Shown here piece after piece: positions 33,237 through 44,047 of a DNA stretch of 64,000 nucleotides (positions are counted from its first letter, which is position 1; every line of letters starts with the position of its first letter). This stretch comes from an uncultured delta proteobacterium. GTDB taxonomy: Bacteria; Desulfobacterota; BSN033; UBA1163. The position numbers and the translations under genes were made by a program. The notes under the pieces are model-generated. The model worked only from the letters and a program-made list of their open reading frames with translations. It was not told where the DNA came from and did no database searches. Location: positions 224,001 to 288,000 of the forward strand of contig CAVPSJ010000011.1 of assembly GCA_963708295.1 (NCBI GenBank), written 5' to 3'.

Positions 33237-33784
33237 AATCGGTGTTTCCCCTCTCTTAAGTCTTCCAAATATTCTTTGCGGAATTGATTGAAGAGTCGGA
33301 TGACCGCTTCTTGTCGATAATCCGGATAGGTCCACTCTAAGGCTTGGAAGGATTGATGACGATAGATCAATTCCAGATCAGCATAGATGCCGTCTCTGAG
33401 ATAGGGGCGATGGGTATAACCTTTGGTTGTGGCGAGGATCACGTGTTCCAAACAGACGTATCCCGGATCGATATTGATTCTTCGTTTTCCGCCCAGGACC
33501 GCATATTTCTCTTCGAGACGATTGGTGGTCTGTTTAATATCGGGGAGGCGGGGAATGGGGATGAGATGTCCGAAGGTAACGAAATGGCGGAAGAGAGGTT
33601 TCCCCATCTCCGCGGTGTAATAATCGGTGAAGTCAAAAGGGAATCTCTCGCTGACCGTGTCGGTTTCGCCAAAGGCCGAGCAAAGGTCTTCCACTCCCTG
33701 ATCAAAGACTTCCTTTTCCATAGCAATCAGGCTCACAAAGAGTTTAGCGCGTTGGGGTTCCTTCGGTTTGCCCATGTCCTTCAT
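33230..33784 (-). CDS. DUF4416 family protein
   Basis: TDYYTAEMG, RRINIDPGY, LATTK and WTYPDY motifs. Confidence 0.85.
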   Translation of the reverse strand: MKDMGKPKEPQRAKLFVSLIAMEKEVFDQGVEDLCSAFGETDTVSERFPFDFTDYYTAEMGKPLFRHFVTFGHLIPIPRLPDIKQTTNRLEEKYAVLGGKRRINIDPGYVCLEHVILATTKGYTHRPYLRDGIYADLELIYRHQSFQALEWTYPDYRQEAVIRLFNQFRKEYLEDLREGKHRLC

Positions 33785-34520
33785 CCTCTTTTTTCAAGTA
33801 GATGAAAAACTCCCTATTTCCCCTGGGGCCGAGCAGTGCAGATTCCGTGACGCCCAGAACCGTCAGCCCCAGCCCTCGACCGAAGGCTGAAATCCTAGTG
33901 ATCACACTTTCATGTAGCGTCTTGTCCCTCACGACTCCGCCCTTCCCTACCTCCCCCTTCCCGACTTCAAACTGGGGTTTGATGAGGCTGAGAATCGCCC
34001 CCCCTCTTTTAAGAAACCCAAGAAGGTGAGGGAGAAATTTTTCAACGGAGATGAAGGAGGTATCGATGAGAATCAAATCTATCTCTTCTTTTACTTCCTC
34101 CCGCTGGAGGTACCGTATGTTTCTCCTCTCCAGGCTGACGACCCTGGGGTCCTTTTGGAGCTTCCAAGCCAGCTGCCCGTATCCCACATCTACGGCGTAA
34201 ACTTTCTTCGCCCCTTTCTGAAGAATACAATCCGTGAATCCCCCCGTCGAGGCCCCCACGTCCATGACGATCATTCCCTTTGGATCGACCGCAAAGGCCT
34301 TGAGGGCCCCCTCCATTTTTTCACCCCCCCGGCTCACATAACAGGAGTCCCCTTCTTGCACACGAAGGTTGGCGTCGCCGTCTATCTGAGCCCCCGGCTT
34401 GTCAACCCTCTTTTCGTCAACCGTGACTTTCCCTGCCATAACCAACGCCCTGGCTTTCTCACGGCTCGACACTAACCCTCGTTCCACTAAAACTTTGTCG
34501 ACACGGTCTTTTCTCGCCAT
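33744..34520 (-). CDS. tlyA: TlyA family rRNA methyltransferase
   Basis: S4 domain; YVSRGG, DVGASTGGFTD and KPQFE motifs. Confidence 0.94.
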   Translation of the reverse strand: MARKDRVDKVLVERGLVSSREKARALVMAGKVTVDEKRVDKPGAQIDGDANLRVQEGDSCYVSRGGEKMEGALKAFAVDPKGMIVMDVGASTGGFTDCILQKGAKKVYAVDVGYGQLAWKLQKDPRVVSLERRNIRYLQREEVKEEIDLILIDTSFISVEKFLPHLLGFLKRGGAILSLIKPQFEVGKGEVGKGGVVRDKTLHESVITRISAFGRGLGLTVLGVTESALLGPRGNREFFIYLKKEDEGHGQTEGTPTR

Positions 34521-34581
34521 CTCGCGGGGACAAACTCGATCCGTCGCCTTTTCCGGGGCCGAGGCGCAGGAGGTGGTCAAA

Positions 34582-36528
34582 TTATTTCGGGTTGGGAAAA
34601 GCTCTCTTTAAAGAGGTTTCAGCTTGACTTGAATAAACAGGGTCTGCCCATCCTTCTTCAAACATCTTCTGTACCTCTCTAAGAATTCCATTCTCGTCAA
34701 TTCCGTATTTTTCTCTGAGCAGAGCTTGTGGTCCGTGTTCGACGAAGATGTCAGGAATTCCCAGGCGACTGACTTGAGCCGGAAAAAAACCTCTCTCTTG
34801 GAAGAGTTCGAGCACCGCGCTTCCAAACCCTCCCTGAAGAACATTCTCTTCGACGGTGAGGACTTTCCCGGTCTTCTCGGCCCAATCGCACAGCAAGTTT
34901 GCGTCCAGAGGTTTTAAAAACCTACTGTTGATGACGGTGGCCTGAATCCCGACTTCCGCCAATCTTTGCGCTGCCCGGAGGGCGGGATGAACCGTGGTGC
35001 CGATGGCGATGATGAGAATATCCTTTCCTTCCCTCAGAACTTCGCCTTTTCCAATATCGATCGATTGGAGAGCCGCATCTCTTCTTTTGCCCTCCCCTTT
35101 CCCCCTCGGATACCGGAAAGCGACCGGGCCGGGACACTCCATGGCGGTTTTGATCATATGCTGAAATTCATTTTCATCCTTGGGAACCATCACGATCAGG
35201 TTCGGGATATGGCGAAGATATGAAAAATCAAAAACGCCATGATGCGTCGGGCCATCCTCCCCCACAATTCCGCCACGGTCCAATGCAAAGACCACCGGAA
35301 GCCTTTGTAAACAGACATCCTGCAATACTTGGTCATAGGCCCTCTGTAAAAAAGTGGAATAGATGGCCACGACAGGTCGCATCCCTTCGAGGGCGAGCCC
35401 AGCAGCAAACGTGACGGCATGCTGTTCCGCAATGCCAATATCATAGAATCGATCAGGGAATTGCCCCGCGAATTCCTCGAGGCCCGTTCCGCTCTGCATG
35501 GCGGCCGTGATCGCGATCAAGCGCTTATTCTCCTTCGCCAGCCGGCAGAGCGTTTCCCCAAAAATCTCCGTATAGCTGGGGGCGGTCTTCTGACTGCTCT
35601 TGAATTCACCCGTCTCGACGACAAACGGCGGGACACCATGAAAACGGGAAGGATCCATCTCTGCAGGGGCATACCCTTTTCCCTTCTTGGTGATCACATG
35701 GATGAGGATGGGCCCCTCCAATTTTTTAATGTTCTGAAAGGTTTCGATCAGGTAATCCAGGCGATGGCCGTCGATCGGCCCGATATACTTCAACCCTAAT
35801 TCTTCAAAAAGGGCACCCGGCATGACGAGACCTTTCAAAGACTCCTCAGCCTGCTTGGCAAACCGAAGGACCGACTTCCCGATTCGAGGAAGGGTTTCCA
35901 AGAACCCCCCCATGTCACGACGAACACGGTTTACGAACTGTCCGGTCATCAACCGGTTGAGGTAAGAAGAGAGGGCTCCCACATTCGGGGAGATGGACAT
36001 CTCATTGTCGTTTAGAATGACGATAAGATCCCGGTCAATGTGCCCTGTCTGATTGAGACCTTCAAAGGCCAGACCTGAGGTCATCGACCCATCCCCGATG
36101 ACCGCGATGACCCTTCCCTCTTCACCTTTGAGCCTCCGGGCCTCCGCCATCCCAAGGGCGGAAGAGATGGAGTTGCCACTATGGCCGGAGTCAAACGCAT
36201 CGTAAGGGCTTTCATCTCTCTTCGGAAAACCGCTGATTCCTTTGTACTGCCTCAGCGTCTGAAAGCGATCCCTTCTCCCTGTAAGGAGCTTATGAACATA
36301 ACTCTGATGTCCGACATCCCACACGACTTTATCCCATGGGAAGTCGAAAACATAGTGCAGAGCCGCAGTCAACTCGACCACGCCCAAATTAGAGGCTAAA
36401 TGCCCTCCTGTTTTTGAAACCGTGGAAATGATCTCCTCTCTTATCTCTCGGCAGAGCTCCACCAGTTCCTCCTGGTCTAGCTGCTTAATATCATGAGAGG
36501 TTTGTATCCGATCTAATACCTTCTCCAT
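34582..36528 (-). CDS. dxs: 1-deoxy-D-xylulose-5-phosphate synthase
   Basis: [26 protein letters not shown] and DGPTHHG motifs. Confidence 0.97.
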   Translation of the reverse strand: MEKVLDRIQTSHDIKQLDQEELVELCREIREEIISTVSKTGGHLASNLGVVELTAALHYVFDFPWDKVVWDVGHQSYVHKLLTGRRDRFQTLRQYKGISGFPKRDESPYDAFDSGHSGNSISSALGMAEARRLKGEEGRVIAVIGDGSMTSGLAFEGLNQTGHIDRDLIVILNDNEMSISPNVGALSSYLNRLMTGQFVNRVRRDMGGFLETLPRIGKSVLRFAKQAEESLKGLVMPGALFEELGLKYIGPIDGHRLDYLIETFQNIKKLEGPILIHVITKKGKGYAPAEMDPSRFHGVPPFVVETGEFKSSQKTAPSYTEIFGETLCRLAKENKRLIAITAAMQSGTGLEEFAGQFPDRFYDIGIAEQHAVTFAAGLALEGMRPVVAIYSTFLQRAYDQVLQDVCLQRLPVVFALDRGGIVGEDGPTHHGVFDFSYLRHIPNLIVMVPKDENEFQHMIKTAMECPGPVAFRYPRGKGEGKRRDAALQSIDIGKGEVLREGKDILIIAIGTTVHPALRAAQRLAEVGIQATVINSRFLKPLDANLLCDWAEKTGKVLTVEENVLQGGFGSAVLELFQERGFFPAQVSRLGIPDIFVEHGPQALLREKYGIDENGILREVQKMFEEGWADPVYSSQAETSLKRAFPNPK

Positions 36529-36616
36529 GGGTCAACCTTCCTTATCCCTTCTTGCCAAAAATATCTTAAAATACCGATGGGGCCTGACGACCATGCAGCA
36601 AAAGGAGTCTACCTTC

Positions 36617-36904
36617 TTACTCGTTACCGTCTTCAGAAATTATTTCGTCGGAGTTTATCGAAGAAGATTGCCCCGAGTTCATGGACGGATCGAAAGGGTG
36701 TGGTTTGAGCATTCCATTTTTGTCTTTCAACAGAATCTCCACTTTCTTCTCTGCCTCATCCAGTTTTTGGTTACAGAATCGCGACAATCGGATGCCTTCT
36801 TCAAAGAGTCTCAGGGATTCTTCCAAAGCAATATCCCCCTCTTCTAATTTTGACACGATCTTTTCAAGTTTATGGAGCGCGTCTTCAAACTTTTCTTTTG
36901 CCAT
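36617..36904 (-). CDS. xseB: Exodeoxyribonuclease VII small subunit
   Basis: FEDALHKLEKIV...LEESLRLFEEG. Confidence 0.95.
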   Translation of the reverse strand: MAKEKFEDALHKLEKIVSKLEEGDIALEESLRLFEEGIRLSRFCNQKLDEAEKKVEILLKDKNGMLKPHPFDPSMNSGQSSSINSDEIISEDGNE

Positions 36905-37003
36905 CGCCCTCCCCTTCCCGGATTGCCGAAAGTCCTCCCGACCTTAAACGAAGGCAAGGACCCACGATTGAGAATTAATTCTATATTTTATAAGCCATGA
37001 TCG

Positions 37004-38347
37004 TCAAGACCTGTCCGTTTTTTCAACCCCACAGAACAGTTTTCCTCGGAAAAGCTTCACCTCCACCCTGTCTCCTTCCCGGACATGGCTGGCGTCCCTT
37101 AAGATTTCTAACGAAGGAACTTGACGCGTAATACTGTACCCCCTTCGAAGGATTGAAAGGGGGCTTAACGAATCCAACTTTCCGAAAGCGCCTGCCATTC
37201 TATGGCGGTGAATTTCAATCCTGTGTTTGATGAGTTGCTCCATTCGCCTTTGACCCTCCGAAACGAATAACCTGAGATTCTTCAACCTTTCCGCGGGAAT
37301 TCGAAGAAGCAGTTTTTCACTGAGGTGGGATTGTTTCTCCCTCGTTCTTTTAAGCGTCCACGAGGTCAAAAGGCGAAGCCGGTTCACAAGGTCATCCATC
37401 CGCAAGAAATATTCTTCCATCTTCTTTTCTGGCTCACGGAAGACTCTTACGAGATGGGAGAGATGAGTTCGATATTCCTGAATCCTTTGAACCATTTCAT
37501 TTTCTAAACGTCCTCGTAAATAGTTGAGGATCTTTTTGATCTCCCTTTTGTCCCTGACGACCAACTCTGCGGCTGCAGACGGAGTCGGCGCCCTTAGGTC
37601 TGCGACAAAGTCTGAAATGGTGTAATCCGTTTCATGGCCTACGGCAGAGATGATGGGGATCTTCGAACGGAAGATGGCTCTTGCGACAGCCTCCTCGTTA
37701 AATGCCCATAGGTCTTCCAGCGAACCCCCTCCTCTGCCCACAATGATAACATCGACGTCCGTTCGTTGATTGAAAAACAGCAGCGCTTCAGCAATTTCTC
37801 TGGACGCCCTTTCCCCCTGAACACGAACAGGATAGAGGAGGATATGAAGATTTTCGAACCGACGGTTGAGGACATGAAGCATATCTCGAATGACCGCGCC
37901 CGTCGGTGAAGTGATCACTCCAATTTTTTGTGGAACCATGGGGATCGGCTTCTTGCGACCCGTGTCAAAGAGCCCCTCTTTTTCGAGTTTCTCCTTCAAT
38001 TGGAGAAAAGCAAGTTGAAGAGCTCCGACCCCCTTAGGCTCCATCGATTCTAAGATGAGCTGGTAATCCCCCCGCTTTTCGTAAACACCTACCCTCCCCC
38101 GACAAACAACATGGAGGCCATCTTCCGGGGCGAAGCGAAGGGTTCGCGCCTGCATCTTGAAGAGAACGGCTCGAATCTGGCTGGCATCATCCTTCAAGGT
38201 GAAGTAGATGTGCCCCGAAGGAGGGATCCGGAGGTTTGAGATCTCTCCCTCGACCCAGACTTCCGGAAATCTGTCTTCAAGAATCTCCTTGATTTCTTGG
38301 GTGAGTTCTGAAACGGTCAGGATGTATCGAAGGGGTAACTCCATCAT
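37004..38347 (-). CDS. xseA: Exodeoxyribonuclease VII large subunit
   Basis: SGHIYFTLKD, RGGGSLEDL, GHETD and TPSAAAE motifs. Confidence 0.96.
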   Translation of the reverse strand: MMELPLRYILTVSELTQEIKEILEDRFPEVWVEGEISNLRIPPSGHIYFTLKDDASQIRAVLFKMQARTLRFAPEDGLHVVCRGRVGVYEKRGDYQLILESMEPKGVGALQLAFLQLKEKLEKEGLFDTGRKKPIPMVPQKIGVITSPTGAVIRDMLHVLNRRFENLHILLYPVRVQGERASREIAEALLFFNQRTDVDVIIVGRGGGSLEDLWAFNEEAVARAIFRSKIPIISAVGHETDYTISDFVADLRAPTPSAAAELVVRDKREIKKILNYLRGRLENEMVQRIQEYRTHLSHLVRVFREPEKKMEEYFLRMDDLVNRLRLLTSWTLKRTREKQSHLSEKLLLRIPAERLKNLRLFVSEGQRRMEQLIKHRIEIHRHRMAGAFGKLDSLSPLSILRRGYSITRQVPSLEILRDASHVREGDRVEVKLFRGKLFCGVEKTDRS

Positions 38348-38624
38348 TACGTTCGGGGTCCGGAGTATTGAGTTCGGAGTCTTAGCATTTTCATCGATCA
38401 TCCCCTTTTTCTTAAGAAGCGTTCGAGGACGTCTGGCATAGTATAACACAAGATGTCGCAGTGTTCAGCTTTCATGTCAAGGGTCTACGTCAGGGGTGGC
38501 GCTTCGAGGTTAAGGTGACGATCTCGATATTTCCCTGCTCTCAGGCAGAGCGTTCCTGCAAAATCGAGAGGTTGACTAAGAACGGGGATAGAGTTATAAA
38601 TTTCAAGATGTTGAACTGGAGGGC

Positions 38625-39983
38625 TTGACATTGGACCATTTTACCTTAGATGAGATGAAGAGAATAGCAAAGGCCTTGTTTCTAAAGGCACTTTCCGCAG
38701 TCGATCCAGCCAAAATCCTGAAAGACAGAATTCGAATTGAGAGGGACCGATTATTCATCAAAACGGAAGGGAATTCAGAACGTTTTTTTGATTTGAAGAA
38801 GGTTGATAAAATTTTCCTTGTCGGCACCGGGAAAGCCGCCGGTGCGATGGCCAGGGCAATTGAAGAAATCTTCGAGGATCGAATCACAAAGGGAATCATC
38901 ACAACAAAATATGGACATCAGCTGCCTCTCAAGAAGACGGATATCATCGAAGCCGGTCATCCCCTTCCTGACCGGAAGGGCTTCGAAGGAGCAAAGAAAA
39001 TCCAGCGTCTGCTGCAAGAATCCGGGCCAAGAGATTTGGTGATTTTTCTCCTATCGGGAGGCGCCTCGGCTCTACTCCCGTTCCCAGCCGACCAGATCGA
39101 TCTCAAAGAGAAACAAGAGGTGACTCAACTTCTTCTCGACTGTGGAGCTGACATCCGGGAAATCAACACCATCCGGAAACATATCTCCAGGATCAAAGGA
39201 GGATGGCTGGCCAAGTGGGCCTATCCTTCTACGGTCATCGGGCTCATCCTGTCCGATGTCGTGGGAGATCATCTGGATGTCATCGGCTCGGGCCCTACCG
39301 TTCCCGATCCCTCCACCTTTGAAGAAGCTTGGGAGATTTTGAAAAAATATGACTTGATTAACGAAATTGCTCCTTCGATTCGGAAACATCTCCAGTCGGG
39401 AAAAGAAGGGAAAATCGAGGAGACCCCCAAGCCTCAAGAAGTGATCTTCGAGAGGGTCCACAACAGTCTCCTTGGGTCGAATATCCTCGCTCTTCAGGCA
39501 GCAAGAGAAGAGGCAGCTGCCCTTGGTTTCCACGTCTCCATCCTCTCCTCTTCGATCGAAGGTGAAACGCGGGAGGCCGCTCGATTTCACACCGCCATTG
39601 CCAAGGAAGTGATCTCCAGCGGGAATCCAATCCCGAGGCCTGCCTGCATCCTTTCCGGAGGGGAGACCACCGTGACCATCAAAGGGAAAGGTCTCGGAGG
39701 AAGAAATCAAGAATTTGTCCTGGCAGGAGCTTTAGAAATCAGCGGGGTCGAAAAGGTGGTCCTTCTGAGTGGCGGGACAGATGGAACGGATGGACCCACA
39801 GATGCAACGGGCGCGGTAGCAGATCATACCACGGTTCAGAGAGGAAAATCCCTGGGGCTGGACCCGAATTTCTATCTTGATAATAATGATGCCTATCCTT
39901 TCTTCAAGAAATTGGAAGACCTTCTGATGACAGGACCGACTCATACCAACGTCATGGATGTTAGGATCCTTCTGGTAGACTGA
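38625..39983 (+). CDS. Glycerate 2-kinase / MOFRL family protein
   Basis: GKAA, SGGASAL, GGETTV, GGRNQE, GTDGTDG and TGPTHTNV motifs. Confidence 0.93.
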   Translation: MTLDHFTLDEMKRIAKALFLKALSAVDPAKILKDRIRIERDRLFIKTEGNSERFFDLKKVDKIFLVGTGKAAGAMARAIEEIFEDRITKGIITTKYGHQLPLKKTDIIEAGHPLPDRKGFEGAKKIQRLLQESGPRDLVIFLLSGGASALLPFPADQIDLKEKQEVTQLLLDCGADIREINTIRKHISRIKGGWLAKWAYPSTVIGLILSDVVGDHLDVIGSGPTVPDPSTFEEAWEILKKYDLINEIAPSIRKHLQSGKEGKIEETPKPQEVIFERVHNSLLGSNILALQAAREEAAALGFHVSILSSSIEGETREAARFHTAIAKEVISSGNPIPRPACILSGGETTVTIKGKGLGGRNQEFVLAGALEISGVEKVVLLSGGTDGTDGPTDATGAVADHTTVQRGKSLGLDPNFYLDNNDAYPFFKKLEDLLMTGPTHTNVMDVRILLVD

Positions 39984-40155
39984 CCTCAGATGTGCGATGG
40001 AAAAGTCCCGTTCAAGGCGAAGCGCTCGTCAGATCATGACCGGACACGTCCAGCCTTCCTCCGGAACGTTTCTTTTTGAAGGGGCAGGTTAAAAGAGATT
40101 CAAACTCTGCTTGCTGCCCTTGGGTTCGAGGGTTAGCAACTTTTCAAAAAGGAAA

Positions 40156-40533
40156 ATGACCATGTATGAAATCACCGTCCATTCCCACTTCTCCGGAGCC
40201 CACCGATTGCGGTACCTCCACGGAAAATGCGAAACATTGCACGGCCACAACTGGAAAGTGGAGGCTTCCGTCGTGTCCAATCGACTGGGCAAAGAAGGAG
40301 TGGTCATCGACTTCGGAATCTTGAAACAGAAAGTGGAAAAGGTCTTGAAGCCTTTGGATCATACCTACCTGAACGATCTCCCCTATTTTTCGGAAACGGA
40401 GCCCTCTTCCGAAAATATTGCAAAATATATCTTTGACCGACTCAAACGTGATCTGAAGGGACATTCAGGAATCCTTAAAAAGGTGACGGCATGGGAGTCG
40501 GAGACTTCGAGCGCCGCCTATCTGCGGAGATGA
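40156..40533 (+). CDS. queD: 6-carboxytetrahydropterin synthase
   Basis: AHRL, CETLHGHNW, LDHTYLN and WES motifs. Confidence 0.93.
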   Translation: MTMYEITVHSHFSGAHRLRYLHGKCETLHGHNWKVEASVVSNRLGKEGVVIDFGILKQKVEKVLKPLDHTYLNDLPYFSETEPSSENIAKYIFDRLKRDLKGHSGILKKVTAWESETSSAAYLRR

Positions 40534-41324
40534 CCATGAACGATATTCAAAATCAAATGGATCATCGGAAGATTGAGATCAATAAAGTCGGGGTAAAAAA
40601 TATCCGTTATCCGATTACCGTCTTGGATAAGGCAAAAGGGTTTCAACACACGGTGGCCAGCGTCAACATGTATGTGGATCTCCCTCACCGCTTCAAGGGA
40701 ACCCACATGAGTCGCTTTGTAGAGATCCTCAATAAATACAAGGGAGATATTGCCATCAAAAACTTCTCGAAGATTCTGACAGAGGTCAAAAGGAGGCTGA
40801 AGGCCAAGACCGCCCACCTCGAGGTAGAATTTCCTTATTTCATCGAAAAGGAAGCTCCCATCACGAAATCGAGGAGTCTGATGGAATATATCTGTCGAAT
40901 CTGCGGTTCAAGCAATGAAAAAGAGGATTTCTATATGGGGATTGTCGTGCCGATCACGACCGTGTGCCCCTGCTCAAAAGAGATTAGCCAATTCGGGGCA
41001 CACAACCAAAGATCCCTTGTGACGGTCAACCTCCGATTCAGAAAATTCATCTGGATTGAAGATATCATCCAATTGATCGAGGAATGTGCTTCGTGTGATC
41101 TTTACTCTATTTTGAAAAGGCCGGACGAGAAATATGTGACAGAAAAAGGCTACGAAAATCCGATGTTTGTCGAGGATGTGGTAAGAGAGATTGCCAAACG
41201 CCTAAAAAAGGATAAGAACATCACCTGGTTTACCGTGGAATCTGAAAACTTCGAGTCGATTCATAACCACAGCGCTTATGCTTTTGTAGAAAGAGGCGAA
41301 AACTTATCATTATCAAGGCCTTAA
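40530..41324 (+). CDS. folE2: GTP cyclohydrolase IB
   Basis: KGTHMSRF, CPCS, GAHNQRS and ESIHNHSA motifs. Confidence 0.95.
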   Translation: MTMNDIQNQMDHRKIEINKVGVKNIRYPITVLDKAKGFQHTVASVNMYVDLPHRFKGTHMSRFVEILNKYKGDIAIKNFSKILTEVKRRLKAKTAHLEVEFPYFIEKEAPITKSRSLMEYICRICGSSNEKEDFYMGIVVPITTVCPCSKEISQFGAHNQRSLVTVNLRFRKFIWIEDIIQLIEECASCDLYSILKRPDEKYVTEKGYENPMFVEDVVREIAKRLKKDKNITWFTVESENFESIHNHSAYAFVERGENLSLSRP

Positions 41325-41528
41325 CTGTACCACCTTCTCTACCTGTGGTGAATTTTGTGACAAATCTTCCCCCCGAATATCGAGATACTTATTCTCCACA
41401 ATCTCTGTCTTCTTCTTAGCGATCACCTTTTCCGCACCCTTCCGAGATGGCCCAATGGACTCCCTAACCTTCTGACCCTTGAACCAGAAATCAATATACC
41501 AATTATCCCCTCTTTGATAGACTGCCAT
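41313..41528 (-). pseudogene. Phage integrase remnant (N-terminal arm-binding domain only)
   Basis: MAVYQRGDNWYIDFWFKGQKVRESIGPSRK with a GGAGG RBS; no catalytic domain follows. Confidence 0.75.
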
Positions 41529-41560
41529 TCAAACCCCTCCTTTCTTTGAATTGTTTAGGA

Positions 41561-41746
41561 TTAATTGGATTTACCTCCTTTCTTCTCATATTTCTCCAGC
41601 CATTCATCCATTGCTCTTCTGATGATTTCTGCTATTGGATAGCCAGCTTTTTTAGCAATCGCTTTGAACTTCTTTAACTGAGCCTCCGTCAAATAGATAT
41701 TAGTTCTTGTCATCATGGTTTTTTCTCCCCAAGAGATATACATCAT
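41561..41746 (-). CDS. Ribbon-helix-helix (CopG-like) DNA-binding protein
   Basis: RTNIYLT...AEIIRRAMDEWL. Confidence 0.8.
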   Translation of the reverse strand: MMYISWGEKTMMTRTNIYLTEAQLKKFKAIAKKAGYPIAEIIRRAMDEWLEKYEKKGGKSN

Positions 41747-41842
41747 ACATACACTAATTAGACTCTTTTGTCAAACACTATTTTTGAGACTCTTCCTCGG
41801 TCATTGGTCGGTTAGGTTGATCGGGCTTACCTTATTTCCCAT

Positions 41843-42268
41843 TCATTTGCATACTATTTTGTAACATATTGCTGTAATTGTTCCCGAAGCTATAAAATTC
41901 CATTCCCGTTCTAAATTAGGGAGAGAATATATAACACCTCCATGTTTGGAGCAATCGTGGGAGCAAACAATACAGCTCTTTTTGTCAACACAATTGATCT
42001 CCCGCAAAATCAATGTTTCACCTAAATTCTTATATTTCTCCCCAAATCTTGCTGCCATCTCATCTATACCTTTCTGTGAATAAATAATTCTCAACCAAAT
42101 TCCATAAATGTTCTCTGATGGATGAGTTATTCCTTGTGCGTCGTAAAAATATTCCCCCGTATCGTTTTTTAGCAAAAACTTCCAATCCGCCCCCCACACT
42201 TCCGCACTACCAAACATAGCAACTCCAATAATAAAAATAACTCCAAGCTTTACTAAGAATGATTTCAT
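41843..42268 (-). CDS. Secreted surface-adhesin-E-like protein, copy 1
   Basis: Signal peptide, EVWGADW, YFYD, EINC, C-terminal VCK; paralog of 42772-43200. Confidence 0.65.
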   Translation of the reverse strand: MKSFLVKLGVIFIIGVAMFGSAEVWGADWKFLLKNDTGEYFYDAQGITHPSENIYGIWLRIIYSQKGIDEMAARFGEKYKNLGETLILREINCVDKKSCIVCSHDCSKHGGVIYSLPNLEREWNFIASGTITAICYKIVCK

Positions 42269-42506
42269 TCAGGTCCCCCCTTCTCGCCTTGTTACACCAT
42301 TTTTTCCCCATTTCAAGATTTACCTCGTTCACCATTTCCAAAAACTCCTCTTTGGTGAATATTCCCTCTCCACAAGCAACCTAATAATAGCCTCCTGTGA
42401 GACTACCTGGGACATTAAGAGTTCATCATTCAAAACGAGGTGTTTAGGGTCGAGAGCGATTGCCATTCAACTTACCTCCTTCATTCTTATATTTCCCAAA
42501 AGCTCA

Positions 42507-42692
42507 TCAATCGTTCTTCTGATACCCTGCTAATCCACAATACCCCATTTCCTCATGAGTAGTTGGTACTGCGGGGGATTTTCTCCATGCCATACAGAAT
42601 AAGTTGGAACAGAATCTGTTAGGATCCGCCCTATCCAATACAAATTTAAACGGACAATATTTTGTAGCTGCGTCTGCTATTGTGACTAACAT
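42507..42692 (-). CDS. Small Cys-rich hypothetical protein
   Basis: CPF...C....CMAWR...GYCGLAG; GGAGG RBS. Confidence 0.6.
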   Translation of the reverse strand: MLVTIADAATKYCPFKFVLDRADPNRFCSNLFCMAWRKSPAVPTTHEEMGYCGLAGYQKND

Positions 42693-42771
42693 GATCCATC
42701 CTCCTTCTTTCGGCCATTGGCCGGTTAGGGTTAGTCGGGTTCACCTCCTTTGTGTTTTCCACCGTGGTTCT

Positions 42772-43200
42772 TTAAGGTTTCTTACATGGAATTTTGTATA
42801 ATGCCTCATCAATAGAGTCAGGAGACATAAAATTCCAATTGGAGATTTGTCTATAATCAGGTATTAATAACTTTCCATCTTCAGAATAAAATGCTATAGG
42901 TACTATTACCTTCTTTTTATCTCCACAATTGTATTCAAATAAAGCTATCGCATAGCTCAAAGTCTCATATTTTTTCCCTAACAACCTCACCATATCATGT
43001 ACACCCTTCTCCATATAAAGTACTTTTATCCACACCCTAACACTACCCTGAGATGGTCGGGTTATGCGATCTGCATCGTAGTAATACATTCCATCATCAG
43101 CTTGATCAATATATCTCCAACTCGCTCCCCACACTTCACCATAGGTAAAGATAGCAAGCCCGATAAGGATGACTCCCAATTTACCCAATAATGATTTCAT
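42772..43200 (-). CDS. Secreted surface-adhesin-E-like protein, copy 2
   Basis: Signal peptide, EVWGASW, YYYD, VRVWIK, EYNC, C-terminal PCK. Confidence 0.65.
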   Translation of the reverse strand: MKSLLGKLGVILIGLAIFTYGEVWGASWRYIDQADDGMYYYDADRITRPSQGSVRVWIKVLYMEKGVHDMVRLLGKKYETLSYAIALFEYNCGDKKKVIVPIAFYSEDGKLLIPDYRQISNWNFMSPDSIDEALYKIPCKKP

Positions 43201-43231
43201 TTGGTCACCCCTTCTTTGGAGAAGTGTAACT

Positions 43232-44047
43232 CTATTCTAAAACTTCACTGCTGATCCATCCTTCTTGGTTATTGTCTGACCGCACCCTAACCCATTCCCC
43301 AGATTGCTCCAAAATAGTTAGCTTATCACCTTTTCGGAAAGTAGCTATTACTGGATAATCATTTCCGGGGCCAGATTTAGCAACTGAGAAGTCCCAAGTA
43401 AGAATTTTCCTTGTCCCTGAAGAAAAAGTAGTTGGGGCTGACGTTATAGGTTTCTCAGGTGCATATTCTTGGCTCTTAACAGCTTCACTGTTAATCCATC
43501 CTTCTTTTCCATCTTCCAACCGAACATTAAACCACTCTCCACGTTCTCCAATTACGGTTAACTTATCTCCTTTATCCACTGTCATCACGATAGGAAATTC
43601 ATTCCCTGCGCCTGAGCGAATATCTGCGGAAGTCCAAATGACAGTAACAACAGTTGCTGTACCTGAAGGAGGAATAGTTGGGGTTGATGTTATTGGTTTT
43701 TCCGGTTTTGCTGTTTCAGGTGGTAGGGATTCTACAGCTTTTAATTGTGGTGCTTTTTGTTGGCTGTTGTAACCTCCTTTTGTATAAAATAAAGTGCTAT
43801 TGGTAATAAGGGATCCCCCTGCGTGAACCTCCCACTCATACCCCCTATCCTTCATGCAGTTGGCTAAATCTTTCTGAAGCTTCGGGAATACCGCAGATGA
43901 CCTCATTGCCTCACGCCTGCACTCAACATAATCCTTTGAAAACTGCTCATATGAAGCTTCCGGTTTAACCCAATACCCATTTTTAAGATAAGGAGCACAT
44001 CCATTAAACATCACCATCGCCACCAAAACCAACATGATCTTTTTCAT
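43232..44047 (-). CDS. Lipoprotein with two bacterial SH3 domains
   Basis: FNGC lipobox; two RSGxG...KGDKLT..GEW..V...EGWI repeats. Confidence 0.85.
   Translation of the reverse strand: MKKIMLVLVAMVMFNGCAPYLKNGYWVKPEASYEQFSKDYVECRREAMRSSAVFPKLQKDLANCMKDRGYEWEVHAGGSLITNSTLFYTKGGYNSQQKAPQLKAVESLPPETAKPEKPITSTPTIPPSGTATVVTVIWTSADIRSGAGNEFPIVMTVDKGDKLTVIGERGEWFNVRLEDGKEGWINSEAVKSQEYAPEKPITSAPTTFSSGTRKILTWDFSVAKSGPGNDYPVIATFRKGDKLTILEQSGEWVRVRSDNNQEGWISSEVLE

Noticed and set aside
1-41528. Integrase C-terminus (1-423) and N-terminus (41313-41528) as halves of one split gene
   Set aside because: The left gene simply runs off the window edge, 41 kb of core genes intervene, and there is no shared junction sequence
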